A stretch of 64,000 nt of DNA from Adineta vaga (taxonomy: Eukaryota; Animalia; Rotifera), in assembly GCA_021613535.1 (NCBI GenBank), contig CP075494.1:16368001-16432000 (forward strand), written 5' to 3'. Positions 11,345 to 23,363 of the stretch are shown in pieces (the stretch's first letter is position 1; every line of letters starts with the position of its first letter). Both the position numbers and the translations under genes were made by a program. The notes under the pieces were generated by a model. The model did no database searches, was not told the DNA's origin, and saw only the letters and a program-made list of their open reading frames with translations.

Positions 11345-14300
11345 ATGACTTCAAGAAATATTTGTCTACTATTTTTACTAATGTTTATTATACAAACAAT
11401 GGCAAATGATATTCGATCTGTTCAAATGACAATAATCAATGATAACATATTTCAATGTGCTCAGTCAACTTGTTTACCATTTAACAATCTGACAACATCA
11501 AATATTCGTCAATGTCAAATAAATTGTTTAAATCGAAATGAATGTATAGTTGCTACGTTTTATAAATCAAGTTCACAATGTCAATTATTTAATAATTCAA
11601 TCAATCAAAATGCGAACATGTCATATGAAATGAATGCTGTGACCATGATTACGATTTTGGGAACACGATATCCACTAGGTTCGTATGAAACAGAAATCAT
11701 ACTACCCGAGTAGTCGACAAGAATTGCCAGACACGCATGTAAACACATAAAATATAGACCAAAAGTGACCGAATTTTTTATCGGTGAGAATTGTGCCTAT
11801 CATCATGGTTACATCTCTCGTCTATAAAAAATGCGGTCACTTTCTGTCTTTATTTTACGTCTTCACTCACAATTGGGAACTGCGATTACTGGCGAAACAC
11901 GTCCACTGTTTTCCATTTTCTCACGCATTTTTGGGCGTTTACACGCGTGTTTGGCAATTCTTGTCTTCTTGGATAGGAGGACTAGAAAACTAAACTCTCT
12001 TCTGAATATTAAAAAATGCCAGCTCTTCGGGTGTAATTCTACGGAAGCGGTTTTTAGCAGCTGTAAAAAAACTATTACTAGAGACACAAAAAGAATAAGT
12101 TAACTATAAATAAAACACTATTTCTAATTTCTTTGATTTATATAAAACTAATTATTTTCAAAATAGATCTAACCGCGATTTCATCCACTCATCCACAACA
12201 TCAACTTCATCGTCATCAACAACATCATCATCGTCATCAACATCAACTTCAACGTCATCAACAACAACAACATCATCATCAACATCATCATCATCAACAT
12301 CATCATCGACTTCATCGTCATCAACATCAGCATCAACAACAACATCAACAGAAGCACCACGCGGTTAGTAACATAATGAGATAATTATCAGTTCTTTTAG
12401 TAGGTCTCTTGAAACCGATTGCTAAGACCAAGTTCTTATTTTCTTTAGCAACAGTTATTCTCATTGAAAAAATGGTAAAAACTATAGCGAGAAAATCATA
12501 ATACAACTGATTAATCTCTTTTCAACGGAACTCACACAGTCAGAGGTTATCGACTATAATGATTTCGCATATGAATATAAGAAACACTGCTAGGTCTGTA
12601 ACATGTGATTATCTGTAAGACTGATTTTTCACCTCACTAAAATTTTAGCAAATTTATTCTAGAGCATATTGAATTGACTATAAAGCAAGACTTGTTTCTA
12701 CTTCATATCGATTTTTCCTGAGATATGTATCTACTTGAATTTATATGAGAGATACATCCCATAACATTTTTGCATGGAAAAAAAATTTCACAATACACTG
12801 ATATGGCTAAAAAAGAGTAGTTTTACAGATGAGCGTGTTAGAATAATCTATGAGCAATTTTTATATTCGCATTCGAAACTAACATGGTCAAAAACTTTTG
12901 ACCCTGTACCTTCCGTTGAGCAAGTGATCAATCAGTTGCATCGATTCCTTTTTTAGTTTATTTTAATCTTTTTCAGTAAATCTTAATTTCGAAGTCATAT
13001 GTGTATATTTATTTCCAAAGTGATTTATCTACAGGGTGAGCAGGATGGGCGTCGCCCACCCAAGATTTTGCTTCATCCTCTCCGAAACTTACAGCCAAGC
13101 CTGTAAAACTAGATCATTAGTCCACCTACTATGAGTTAAGGAGGACATAGGCTAGCCTAAACTTCGAGTTGTCCACCCGGGAAACAAAACCTAGATAAAA
13201 TACTGTTCATTTCTATGAGGAATGAACCAAACTATACATTCTTTTCAGCAGTCTTTTAACAATTAAGAATTTTCAAATTTAAGGTTAGAACAGATTTTGA
13301 AAAACAAACTATCTTTTCACAATATTACGATTGTATTTAAGTGACTGGATTTTTATTTGATCAATAATCGATCAAGATGAACTTACGAGAAATTTAGAGT
13401 AATGAATATCGGAAAAGTTGTCGAATGAAGTGTCATTGTTTTTTTTCTGTTTCATTATTTCATTTTCTGAATTCATTAACAAAATTAATTGAGATATCAA
13501 GTTTCGAAGAGGACATTGTAAGTTGTTAAGATTGATAAAAATGCGATTGAACAGTAAAAGAAGAATAGATCTGTTTTACCCTTTTTACACCTTTATCACT
13601 GATAAACATTATTACTATATCACTCATGTGAGATCAAAGATACTTTAGATTCGATAATGTTGAACATTTTGGAATCAGTTTCTATGAATTATCGAAATTG
13701 GGCGGTATTCTATCTGCTCGGTATCGAGAGCAGTGATGAAATTTCAAAAGTTGGTAGAACCTTATTCCACGATATGTGACATCGCGGAGTAAAAAGTATT
13801 CTCGAACAAATGCTTTGAAAATATTCAGAAACACGTTTTTTTATGTATTTGCTCTATTTAGTATGGACAACAACAGGAAATATGAGTATCGTACGACTAT
13901 ATCACACAGCATCTGTTTTAGCAAATGGAACAGTGTTAGTTGCAGGTGGATTTAATGGTGCTGCTTACTTCAAAAATGCTGATTTATATAATCCGTCAAC
14001 AGGTACTTGGACTACAACAGGAAATATGAGTGTGTTACGAGGATCTCATACAGCATCCATTTTACCAGATGGGACAGTGTTAGTTGCAGGAGGATATGGT
14101 GGTGGTGGTTACTTGAACAGTGCGGAATTATATAATCCGTTAACAGGTACTTGGACAACAACAGGAAGTATGAATGTGACACGAGAATATCACACAGCAT
14201 CCGTTTTATCAGATGGGACAGTGTTAGTTGCAGGAGGATATGGTGGTGGTGGTGGTTACTTGAACAGTGCGGAATTATATAATCCGTTAACAGGTACTTG

Positions 14301-14856
14301 GACAACAACAGAAAATATGAGCGTGTTACGAGGACATCACACAGCATCTGTTTTAGCAAATGGGACAGTGTTGGTTGCTGGTGGATTTAGTAATAGTGGT
14401 TACTTGAACCGTGCTGAATTATATAATCCGTTAACAGGTACTTGGACAATAACAGGAAATATGAGTGTGTTACGAGGAAATCACAGAGCATCTGTTTTAG
14501 CAAATGGAACAGTGTTAGTTTCAGGTGGATCTGATGGTGCTTTCTTGAAAAGTGCTGAATTATATAATCCGTCAACAGGTACTTGGACTACAACAGGAAA
14601 TATGAGTGTGATACGAGGATCTCACACAGCATCCATTTTATCAGATGGAACAGTGTTAGTTGCAGGTGGATCTGATGGTGTTGGTTACTTGAACAGTGCT
14701 GAATTATATAATCCGTCAACAGGTACTTGGACAACAATAGGAAATATGAGTGTGTCACGAATATATCACACAGCATCCGTTTTAGCAAATGGAATAGTGT
14801 TAGTTGCAGGTGGATATAATGGTACTGCTTACTTCAAAAATGCTGAATATTATTAA
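11345..14856 (+). CDS. Secreted PAN/apple-like + S/T linker + 7 Kelch repeats (exons 11345-11678, 12167-12363, 13862-14856); linker exon is frameshifted
   Basis: Signal peptide; C-x3-C PAN pattern (CQINCL..C..ATF....C.LF); phase-1 splice sites; seven near-identical Kelch units (HTASVLANGTVLVAGG..AELYNP.TGTWT). Confidence 0.85.
11705..11985. mobile_element. MITE in intron 1 of the PAN-Kelch gene
   Basis: Inverted repeats gacaagaattgccagacacgcatgtaaac / gtttacacgcgtgtttggcaattcttgtc. Confidence 0.7.
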
Positions 14857-15199
14857 TAGAATTTTATTATAAAACACTTTTATTCTATAACTTGACGCAT
14901 AAGATTGAATGTTCTAAATCATTTATGTATTCATTATTTTGACTGCTTTTTTTATTTTGAACTGAATAATCATATCATATGTTTCTTTTTTCAAAATCTT
15001 TATGACACATTATTTATTACTTATTTTGTCATTATTTGCTTTTATTAACAATAAATTTACTTCTTCTTTATGAATTATTATTCGATATCGGTTTCATATT
15101 TTGTTGATGAGTATGATTTATCTACAAATCAAATATGATCTGCTGTTCATATTCAAAAACGGTTTTCTTAGAACTCTTCGTTGACAACATCGCCAACTG

Positions 15200-15655
15200 G
15201 TAAAGTGAGTGCATTCTAGAATCGCTCAGTGTGCCTGTCCGTTTACACGATAACCTTTAACTATTACATTTGACTAAGCTGAAATTTGTGGACAGGGTTG
15301 TCTCATCAATATCTCGGTCGAGTTCGAAGATGAGAAGGATCCGTCAAGAAATGGGCAAGTTATCAAAAAATTGTCATTAGTGAGCAAAGTACCTCTGAGG
15401 ATGGGTACAGAGATTTTTTCAAAAAAAACTTTTTCTCAAAATTATTCAAAACATGTAAATCGACTGAATTTTTAACGTTGATTCCGAGGCTGCCATTAGT
15501 TTTGAGCAGAATCATAGTTTACTAATGAAACATTGCCTGAACAAAGGTCTCAACATGCTCAAAAACTGCATCAAGAAACTGAACTTCGTAGATATGTCTC
15601 ATATGCTAATAGTTTTGGCGTTTCCCAAATGGCTGATTTTGTAAGTAGTCAAAAG
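15200..15655 (+). mobile_element. Non-autonomous dispersed repeat (possibly Helentron/DINE-like)
   Basis: 3' half is homologous to 8245-8500; family assignment rests only on the general look of the ctgtccgt...gaaattt sequence. Confidence 0.45.
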
Positions 15656-15734
15656 TACTATCGAAAGATAAATATCCAAACTCGATAGCTATTCATATTT
15701 GTGATTTATCATAAAAAACAAAGTGAATATGTAT

Positions 15735-15795
15735 TTTCAGGGTGTGGGTGTGGGTGGGTTAAGAGTACAGTCTGACCTACACCCACACCCTCAAT
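15735..15795. repeat. Inverted telomere-like linker element (copy 4)
   Basis: tttcagggtgtgggtgtgggtggg-ttaagagtacagtctga-cctacacccacaccctcaa. Confidence 0.92.
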
Positions 15796-16574
15796 ATCTA
15801 TCAATATTCTTATTCATCGTGAATTAATTTTTAAAGCATTTATTGAAGTTAAAGATGAAAAATCCATCGTTAGCTATGCTATTTTAGATAAATGGGATAC
15901 TGATTCATCTGTTATTATTCATCATCGTATAGAACAGATCAATTGGCAGAATATCGTTATTCTCTTAGTCCCTTGTTTTATTGATTGATTTTTTTCGACC
16001 GGTTCGAACATTTTCGTGAATATGAGAACAGATTTATACATATATATATATATATATACATAGGTCAATTTTATTTAATGTACACTTACGACATTTAACT
16101 TTAAGATCAAATTAGAAATATTCAATTGGTTTAAACAAACAAGAAGAAAATATCTGATCCAATCAATTCGTTAATTTCTGTATAGAACGTTATGTGATGT
16201 GATGTATGAGTCTTTGTTTTTACACACACCATTATATATCAACAAAACAATCGATTGCCGAAAAGTTTAAGTTTGAGATTAGCAAAAGAAGATTCATCAG
16301 TCTGTTATGTTTTCTTCCTTCTTTTTGTGCATGTTTATATTTAGTTGCAAATATTATAACATGTGTCGCTAGATGCTATGCTTATTTAGTATAACAAAAC
16401 AAATACTAACATGGAATGATATCTTTCTCTCATTGGTTTGCTCTCTTCATTCTTTTTCCTTTTGTGTGCATATATAACTGTGCGTTTTGTATGTAAAAGA
16501 TGCGATAAGTGAGTAGAAGAAATAAAAGAAAATGGAGGTGTCGATTTCTTCTAGATTGTAAAGAAACAATAAAT

Positions 16575-17111
16575 ATGTCTGAAGAAGATCGTGATCGTCA
16601 ACCAAGATTACCATTACAAGATGTACCTTCGGAACTTCAAGAAAAAATTGTCAATCTTAATGGAAATCCTAATCTAAATTTATACAAAATTTTATCGAAT
16701 AATCCAATTTTATTATCATCTTGGATCGATTTTGCTTATTCTTTAAGACGGAATTGTACAACATCTCGACAACTTCGAGAATTGATGATTCTTCGTGGTG
16801 CACAACTTTGTCAATCACGATATGAATGGTTTCAACATGAACAAATGGCAAAACAATGTGGAATATCAGAAGAAAAGATTAATGCAATAAAAGATTGGAA
16901 AACAAATTCTCTTTTTGATGAAAAAGAAAAAATTGTATTGGAATTAATGGAAGCATTGATTCAAAACAAAGGAAAACTGACTGATCAATTAGATGAACAA
17001 TTAAAAAAACATTTTACAGAAGCAGAATATTTAGAATTAATATTAACAGGAAGTTTTTATGTTATGGTTCCAACTTTGCTAGAAGCTTTACAAATTCCTG
17101 TGGAAAAATAA
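16575..17111 (+). CDS. Carboxymuconolactone decarboxylase/AhpD-like protein (horizontal transfer candidate)
   Basis: Intronless; PRLP, LRELMILRGAQLCQSRYEWFQH, GISEEKI, LKKHFTEAEYLEL motifs typical of the CMD family. Confidence 0.85.
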   Translation: MSEEDRDRQPRLPLQDVPSELQEKIVNLNGNPNLNLYKILSNNPILLSSWIDFAYSLRRNCTTSRQLRELMILRGAQLCQSRYEWFQHEQMAKQCGISEEKINAIKDWKTNSLFDEKEKIVLELMEALIQNKGKLTDQLDEQLKKHFTEAEYLELILTGSFYVMVPTLLEALQIPVEK

Positions 17112-17563
17112 AAATTCGTCTTTATTTCATTTTTATTTTTGTCATGTGTAGTATAATAATACTTGAAGTAGAATCGTTTGAATAATATAATATAAGAGTT
17201 TTGATCTTTTTCTCAGACTCACATTCTAAATCTATTGGAAATGAATAAAAAAGGGTAATCTGTCTATCATGAACTTTGACATACTTTCTGAAACAATAGA
17301 TATCAATTCAGAAACACTGTTAAGAGAGTAGTCATCCTATTTCGCGATGGAATCCAGGAATCGGTTGATCCTGATTTCGGAATGTGCAACATCGCGGAGT
17401 AGGAAGTATTCTCTTTACTATAAACAAAATATTACTCATAATGGAAAGAAAATTTTTCATTTCTTCAACTACAATTTAATATTTCACTTTCATTCGATTC
17501 GTGTGATTTAACTTTAGTGAACATAATCTTGAAAAATCAATATTAAAAGTATGTGTATTGAAA

Positions 17564-17610
17564 AGGGTGTGGGTGAGTGTATTCTTTAAATTGAACCCAC
17601 ACCATCAAGA
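17564..17610. repeat. Inverted telomere-like linker element (copy 5)
   Basis: agggtgtgggtgagtg ... cccacaccatcaaga. Confidence 0.85.
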
Positions 17611-17969
17611 GGTTTTTTGATTTTTTTCGTGTTTATACAGAACGCAAGGAATTCTTGAGATCGAAGTCGTGGCGGACACCAGAAATCGTCAAATCAGTTG
17701 ACGTCGCGCTATCATATTTTTTAAAAACTATCTAAAGTCATATGAACAGATTTAATTCTTTCTTGTTAAAATCAACTGATTTGTGCGACACAGATTTATA
17801 CGAGAGTATAACTAAATTACTTTTGTTTCTTTTCAAGCTACAGTATTCATGTAATACAAAGCATGATATAAAAAATAATATTTTACTGGTTAGCTATGTT
17901 TTTATTCTTTTTCGAGGAACTACACCAATTTTCATACTCAATCATATGTCAAAATAAGTGTTCAGACAT

Positions 17970-19570
17970 CTAAACTTGCTGAATGCCCATTATTTTAAAC
18001 GGTACCGATTTTGGATACTCTCCCGTCAGCCAGGAGAAATAGAGCATTTCATCGCCAACTAAAATTGGACATTGTGGTATGATTTGTTCATTGGTTGTTA
18101 AATTCAAATTAATACGTTTAATCATCTTGCCGGTGTCCATGCTAACCGCAGTGATGAAACACAGGGACTTTGACTCCTGAGAAGATTGAGAAACAGACAC
18201 AATATAGAGGACGCGTCGTTTTGAATTCATTGTAATACAAGTGGAATATAAATCGAATGTTTTCATTTCACTTGATGTTGCTACTTGAGTTGTCCATATG
18301 GTTTTTCCTTGACTGTCAATAGCAAATGCAAGAGGCATACTTGACATATAAGCCGTGCCTTGCTCGTCTATAGTAGGAGATGTTATACCATCATTATCAG
18401 CAATTAGTGATGGTGGAATCCAGCTCCAGCGTAATTTAATTTGTTGTGCAGACACATCATACGATGAAACGACAAGTTTCCACGGTAAACTCGATGCGTT
18501 TTGCCAGGGCTGAACAATTATTTGATGTTGCTTATCTAAAACAAAGTCTATACCAGACAAATAGGCATCTGTATAATTGTTTATTAAATTCTTTCCACTG
18601 TGATCAAATTTTATCAGGCGAGTATCTCCATCCATCCAGAATATGTCACCAGTACTCGTATCACATCGATACTGTCCACTCCTGCCAGCACCAAAAAAGT
18701 GTCTATTCGTCCACAATAGCTTTAGCGTCTTTTTATCCAAAACAGCTGGTATCGAATCAATTTTGTTATCATCGACCGCTGTCACTAGCAGATCATATTT
18801 TTCATTCAAAGCCAACGGCGCATTGATGTACATAAACAGTTGATAATTTTCTATACACTGTTGAACAGGTTGTGATGTTTGAGCATTTGTGATTTGACAG
18901 ATTTTTGCTGTAAAGGTTCTATCTCCCGCCCAGGAGATAGTATAAAAGAGCACTCCCTGTTGATCAGAAATAATATTGGAAACACCAGCAGGTTCCATAG
19001 CTTCTACAGGCTCGAAAGAGAGTGTCCAACGAACAATGCCATTTGGTGTAAGACATACCATCAAATTAGCTGAACACGAAAAAAGGTTCATATTTACTAA
19101 CTCAAACTTAAATTTCAAAAAATGTAAGAGGTTTTCTTAGAAAACAACTAAAAATCCAACGGGATCTGCTATACTTTAAAATACACTAAAACTATCGTAA
19201 TAATGAGAAGTTTCACATGTTAGGTAAGAAAGTAACGAAGACTCAATATTCAGTAAAAAAGAAGCATTTACAACGAAGTGTACTTGCCTGGTTGAGATCT
19301 TGTTTGGCTCAGAAAAAAGTAAATATCACCGTTAATACCAGCACCTCGACCAAACTGAGTGAGGTCTTGCGATGTTGAATTATATTCATATATCCATGGA
19401 ATTTTCGAATAATTAGTTGCCATGGATGGTACAATGCGATAAGTGTTTTGGGCATTGCCCTTGCCAGTAGACCATACTGATACTGAGTCATCATTATCGA
19501 ATATCGCGTCAGAAATTGTAAAGTGATGCGAGACAATGCAAATTAATAACGTAGTTAAAGAATACTTCAT
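17970..19570 (-). CDS. Secreted beta-propeller-like protein (PQQ/BamB-like repeats); exons 19570-19288, 19069-17970
   Basis: Signal peptide; WSTGKGNAQNT, CLTPNGIVRW, SPTIDEQGTAY, AIDSQGKTIW motifs; exons join in frame via a GC-AG intron. Confidence 0.75.
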
Positions 19571-20519
19571 CTTTCTACGGACAGAATAAAACTATATAGA
19601 TATACAACCATTTTTTTCTTTATATCACAATTTACTCCATCTGATGATTCTCTCAACGTTTCATTTTTTTTATGTTTCTGTGATTGCTTACCATATAAAG
19701 CGAAGATCAAGCACCCGGCAAAAATATATTTCTTATAGAAAACGAATAAAAAAAACTATGACATCATCCAATCAAGGAATTAGAAGTTGAGAGAGTATTT
19801 TGAGCACCGGCATACATGACAATTGAACATCAGATGGGGGAGAATAAAGAGAAAGCAAAACGAAAGTGGTCAATTAATCTATCTTGAGGGGATCTCCGCT
19901 TTTTCTGAAAATATTTTTCGAAATTTAGTTTTTCACGTCTATGTACAGACATCACCGGCCTCGGAAGTTCGAAAAGTAATCGGATAAAGCTTCAAAATTC
20001 GGATGATCTGACAACCCTGGATATAATCTTCGTTGTTATTAATCATCATATAAAATAAATATTTAAAAAAGAACCCTCGAAAAAATACATAGCATACTCT
20101 TATATCCTCTTCTGCAATTATTTGTTGACTTGCAGCAAGTCAAGTTACTATCATTTTTCTATATTGACAAATGTGATGTATAAGTAAATAGGAATGATGA
20201 AAATAATAATTACTGTCGTCATAGCATGTTATTCATTTATTTTGTGATATAACAGAACGAAAGAAAAAGAAGGTAAGTATTTGACAATGTTGTCAGGAAA
20301 ACATTAATATTACTTCTCTTTTATACAAGTAACATGCTGTGACGTCTCGAGAAATAAGAACGTTAAGTGTGGAAGAAAAAAAGTTAGACCTACTCTTTGC
20401 GTATCTAATGAAAGTTTTGTTCGGAAAATTTTATTGATTTCATCGTGTTTCATATTTGAATTTTGTTGAAAACTTTTCTAATAGAAAGTATTTAACGTGC
20501 AAAATTCGCAATATCAGTG

Positions 20520-21359
20520 ATGCCGACACATACAATCGTTTCAGGTGATACATTTTGGCGGCTTTCCCAAGTATATGGCTGTAGTCTTCAAGAAATACTA
20601 GCTGTCAATCCTGGTGTTGTACCTGAACAACTTCAAATTGGGCAAACAGTACAAGTACCTGATAATGGTATGTTTATAATATTCCTTCTCCTGTTGTGAT
20701 TGTCTTGTATCATTTTACAAATCATTCAAATTATCAGCTTCAGCAACATCAGGATCCGGCATGTCAACACACATTATTGTTGCAGGTGATACATTTTGGC
20801 GACTTTCTCAAGTATATGGATGTACTCTTGCAGAAATATTAGCTGCTAATCCTGGTGTTGTACCTGAACAGTTGCAAATAGGGCAGATAGTACGAATCCC
20901 ACGTTCAGGTTAGTGTGCGTCTCTATAGGTGATTTGATGTTATGTGTATAAATGATTCGAATCGTTTACAATCGAAATAGAATTGAAACGATCAAAACTT
21001 GTACAATATTCTGTTGGTCACACGATCACCATAGTTGCTGTAACTGTGTGTTTGAGATGCGATACTTCTTATTTGATGAAGGTTGTTTAAACCAGAAAGA
21101 TACATTCTTATGCTCTTAGTATTCATAGGTGAAACATTCAGAATAGTTGATAAAGTGTTTAATTTATTTTAACTAGAGAAACTTAAGTTACTATCCATGA
21201 ATAGGTACACAGAAACATATCATCATAGCAGGCGATACTTTCTGGCGTCTCTCTCAACAATATGGATGTACTCTTGAGAAAATATTAGCTGTGAATCCTG
21301 GTGTTGTGCCTGAACAACTTCAAATTGGCCAAACAGTTCGAATACCTCAACATTCATAG
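20520..21359 (+). CDS. Triple LysM-domain protein (exons 20520-20667, 20738-20908, 21205-21359)
   Basis: Three HTIVxGDTFWRLSQxYGCxLxxILAxNPGVVPEQLQIGQxVxxP units, one per exon; phase-1 GT-AG introns; stop TAG at 21357-21359. Confidence 0.9.
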
Positions 21360-21676
21360 TAAATATCTGTTCGTTTACAATTCTTTTTCGACAAGAACTG
21401 AATCATAGACGAAGATGCTCCTACCGAATTTTATTGTTTTATTCATTAATAAATGATACGAAAAGATATTATTCATATAAAAATAGAGTAGATTTTATTA
21501 TTTACTGAATAACTCAGTAATATTAAAAGAGCTGGATGCATTCAGTCAAAAGATAAAGAATATTATTAATGAGAACGCTAATATTTTATCATTGCCATTA
21601 TATTTTCTAAATGTATACCTGTATCATGGACTTTGTCTAACAAGGAAACATATTTGAATTTATCGTCTGAGATCAA

Positions 21677-21743
21677 CCATCTTGAAGGTGTGAGTAAGAC
21701 TGATGTGTGATTGCATTACTCTCACATTCACCCACCCTAAGGA
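21677..21743. repeat. Inverted telomere-like linker element (copy 6)
   Basis: ccatcttgaaggtgtgag ... ctcacattcacccaccctaagga. Confidence 0.8.
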
Positions 21744-23363
21744 TTCTTTCTGCGTAACAACAGGAAACATTTAGGCATGAAGGAATTTCTTCAAGACGTC
21801 TTTTGATACGATTTTGTCACGAGCTCTTGGATGTTAATGATGAACTTATTGAATGTTGGTTTAAATGACAATTTGCTGATTTACTTGAATATATCTACGA
21901 TAACATTCTTTTGACTTTAGCATAAGAATACTAACCGAATGTATGTGGATCGGTGAATAAAAAAATCATGTTAAAACGTTTTCTTTCGTATCTGACAGCA
22001 GAGGTCTTTATAAATAATTATAGATCAAACTATGTGGAAGAGAGTATTAGAGCTATATTTAAAATTTTTTAATGCTATATGATCACAAAAAAGATCGCAG
22101 AAGAGACTATAGAAATTGTGTTTTTATAGAGTACTTCGTCAGAAATTCTTGTTTGTAACTTTCAAAGAGTTCAATCAGAATTAATCAAGTTATATTATAC
22201 ATCAGTACAATGTGATCGATGATAGGAGAGAGAAAGAGAGAATTTTGCCTCGAGTAAAAATATTTCTGAAGAATTTGATTTCAGTGTTTTCGAAATATAA
22301 TACATGAGAGAGTAGTTCATTTGTCTTCTTATGGTCCTGCACAATTCTGTCATTCATAATGATTCGCATGTACTACAGTTTATCTTGCACTTCGAAAAGA
22401 ATTTCATATGTATACGCGAAACCATCTGGTTACAAATGTTTCTGACGAGGACTGGCTCCATTTTGCTTTTTGCGTCATAGTTGTTCTTTGCGAATGACAA
22501 CTGACGAACTATGTGTATTTTAGTTATCTCAATGTTGACATTGTATTTTAAGTTATTCAATATAAGTTCACTCTTCAAATGAAGTTTGATATCAGCACGA
22601 ACTTTAACGTCATGCAAAGAATAACGAGAACTGTGAATCTATACTTACCATTTAATATCCAAGATTGAAAATCCTTATTATTGATTTAAGTATCATTTTA
22701 TTTTTAATCTGTGTATTTCATGTAGGAAAACGACAAACCCATTCCAATTCGATAATCATCTTTTACTGTTCAACATTCAAGTATACTACTATACAAGAGT
22801 CAGCCGTTTCTCCTTTGTATTCGTCGCCCAATGTCTTGTCTTTATTCATCAAAATTCATCGATCTTAGTTTCAGTTTTATTACTTTTCAATTGAGGTGCA
22901 AACACGATTGACAGGTAAATGATAACTGATGCGAAAACAAACTACTGGGTCATATAGTGAGAAAATTACATAAAACCACAAGACGTACAGATAGACACTC
23001 AAAGAATAAACTTGGTTTAAACAAAAATTTAATTTCCAAAGGCTTCATCAACCTTAATCCATAGATGACAAGTAGTGTTCCTAATTCGACAAGTAAAATC
23101 GTTGCTTGAAAGACGTGTTTTACGCATAATTTCGTCTTCAAAACTTTGTTTCATAGCACATTCATCACCTAAATCAAATATTTGCAGATGCATTAAAATT
23201 GTTCATTACGAATTAGTTTAAATACTTGATTCAAGTATCTAAATATATAGATTAATGATGCTTCTTAGTGAAATTATTAGCATAGATGAGCACTCGTCAA
23301 TCTTACGTCTTAGGAATTCATATTTGAATATAATGATCGAGTGCCTTTTTACAAAATCTACGT

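Noticed and set aside
13031-13065. cagggtgag..tgggcgtcgccca hairpin
   Set aside because: It lacks telomeric hexamer arms and the cap; more likely the end of an unrelated MITE in an intron.
14012-14788. His-rich minus-strand ORFs
   Set aside because: Antisense frames of the Kelch repeats.
22354-22617. 87-aa ORF, possible transposase remnant
   Set aside because: No recognisable motif.
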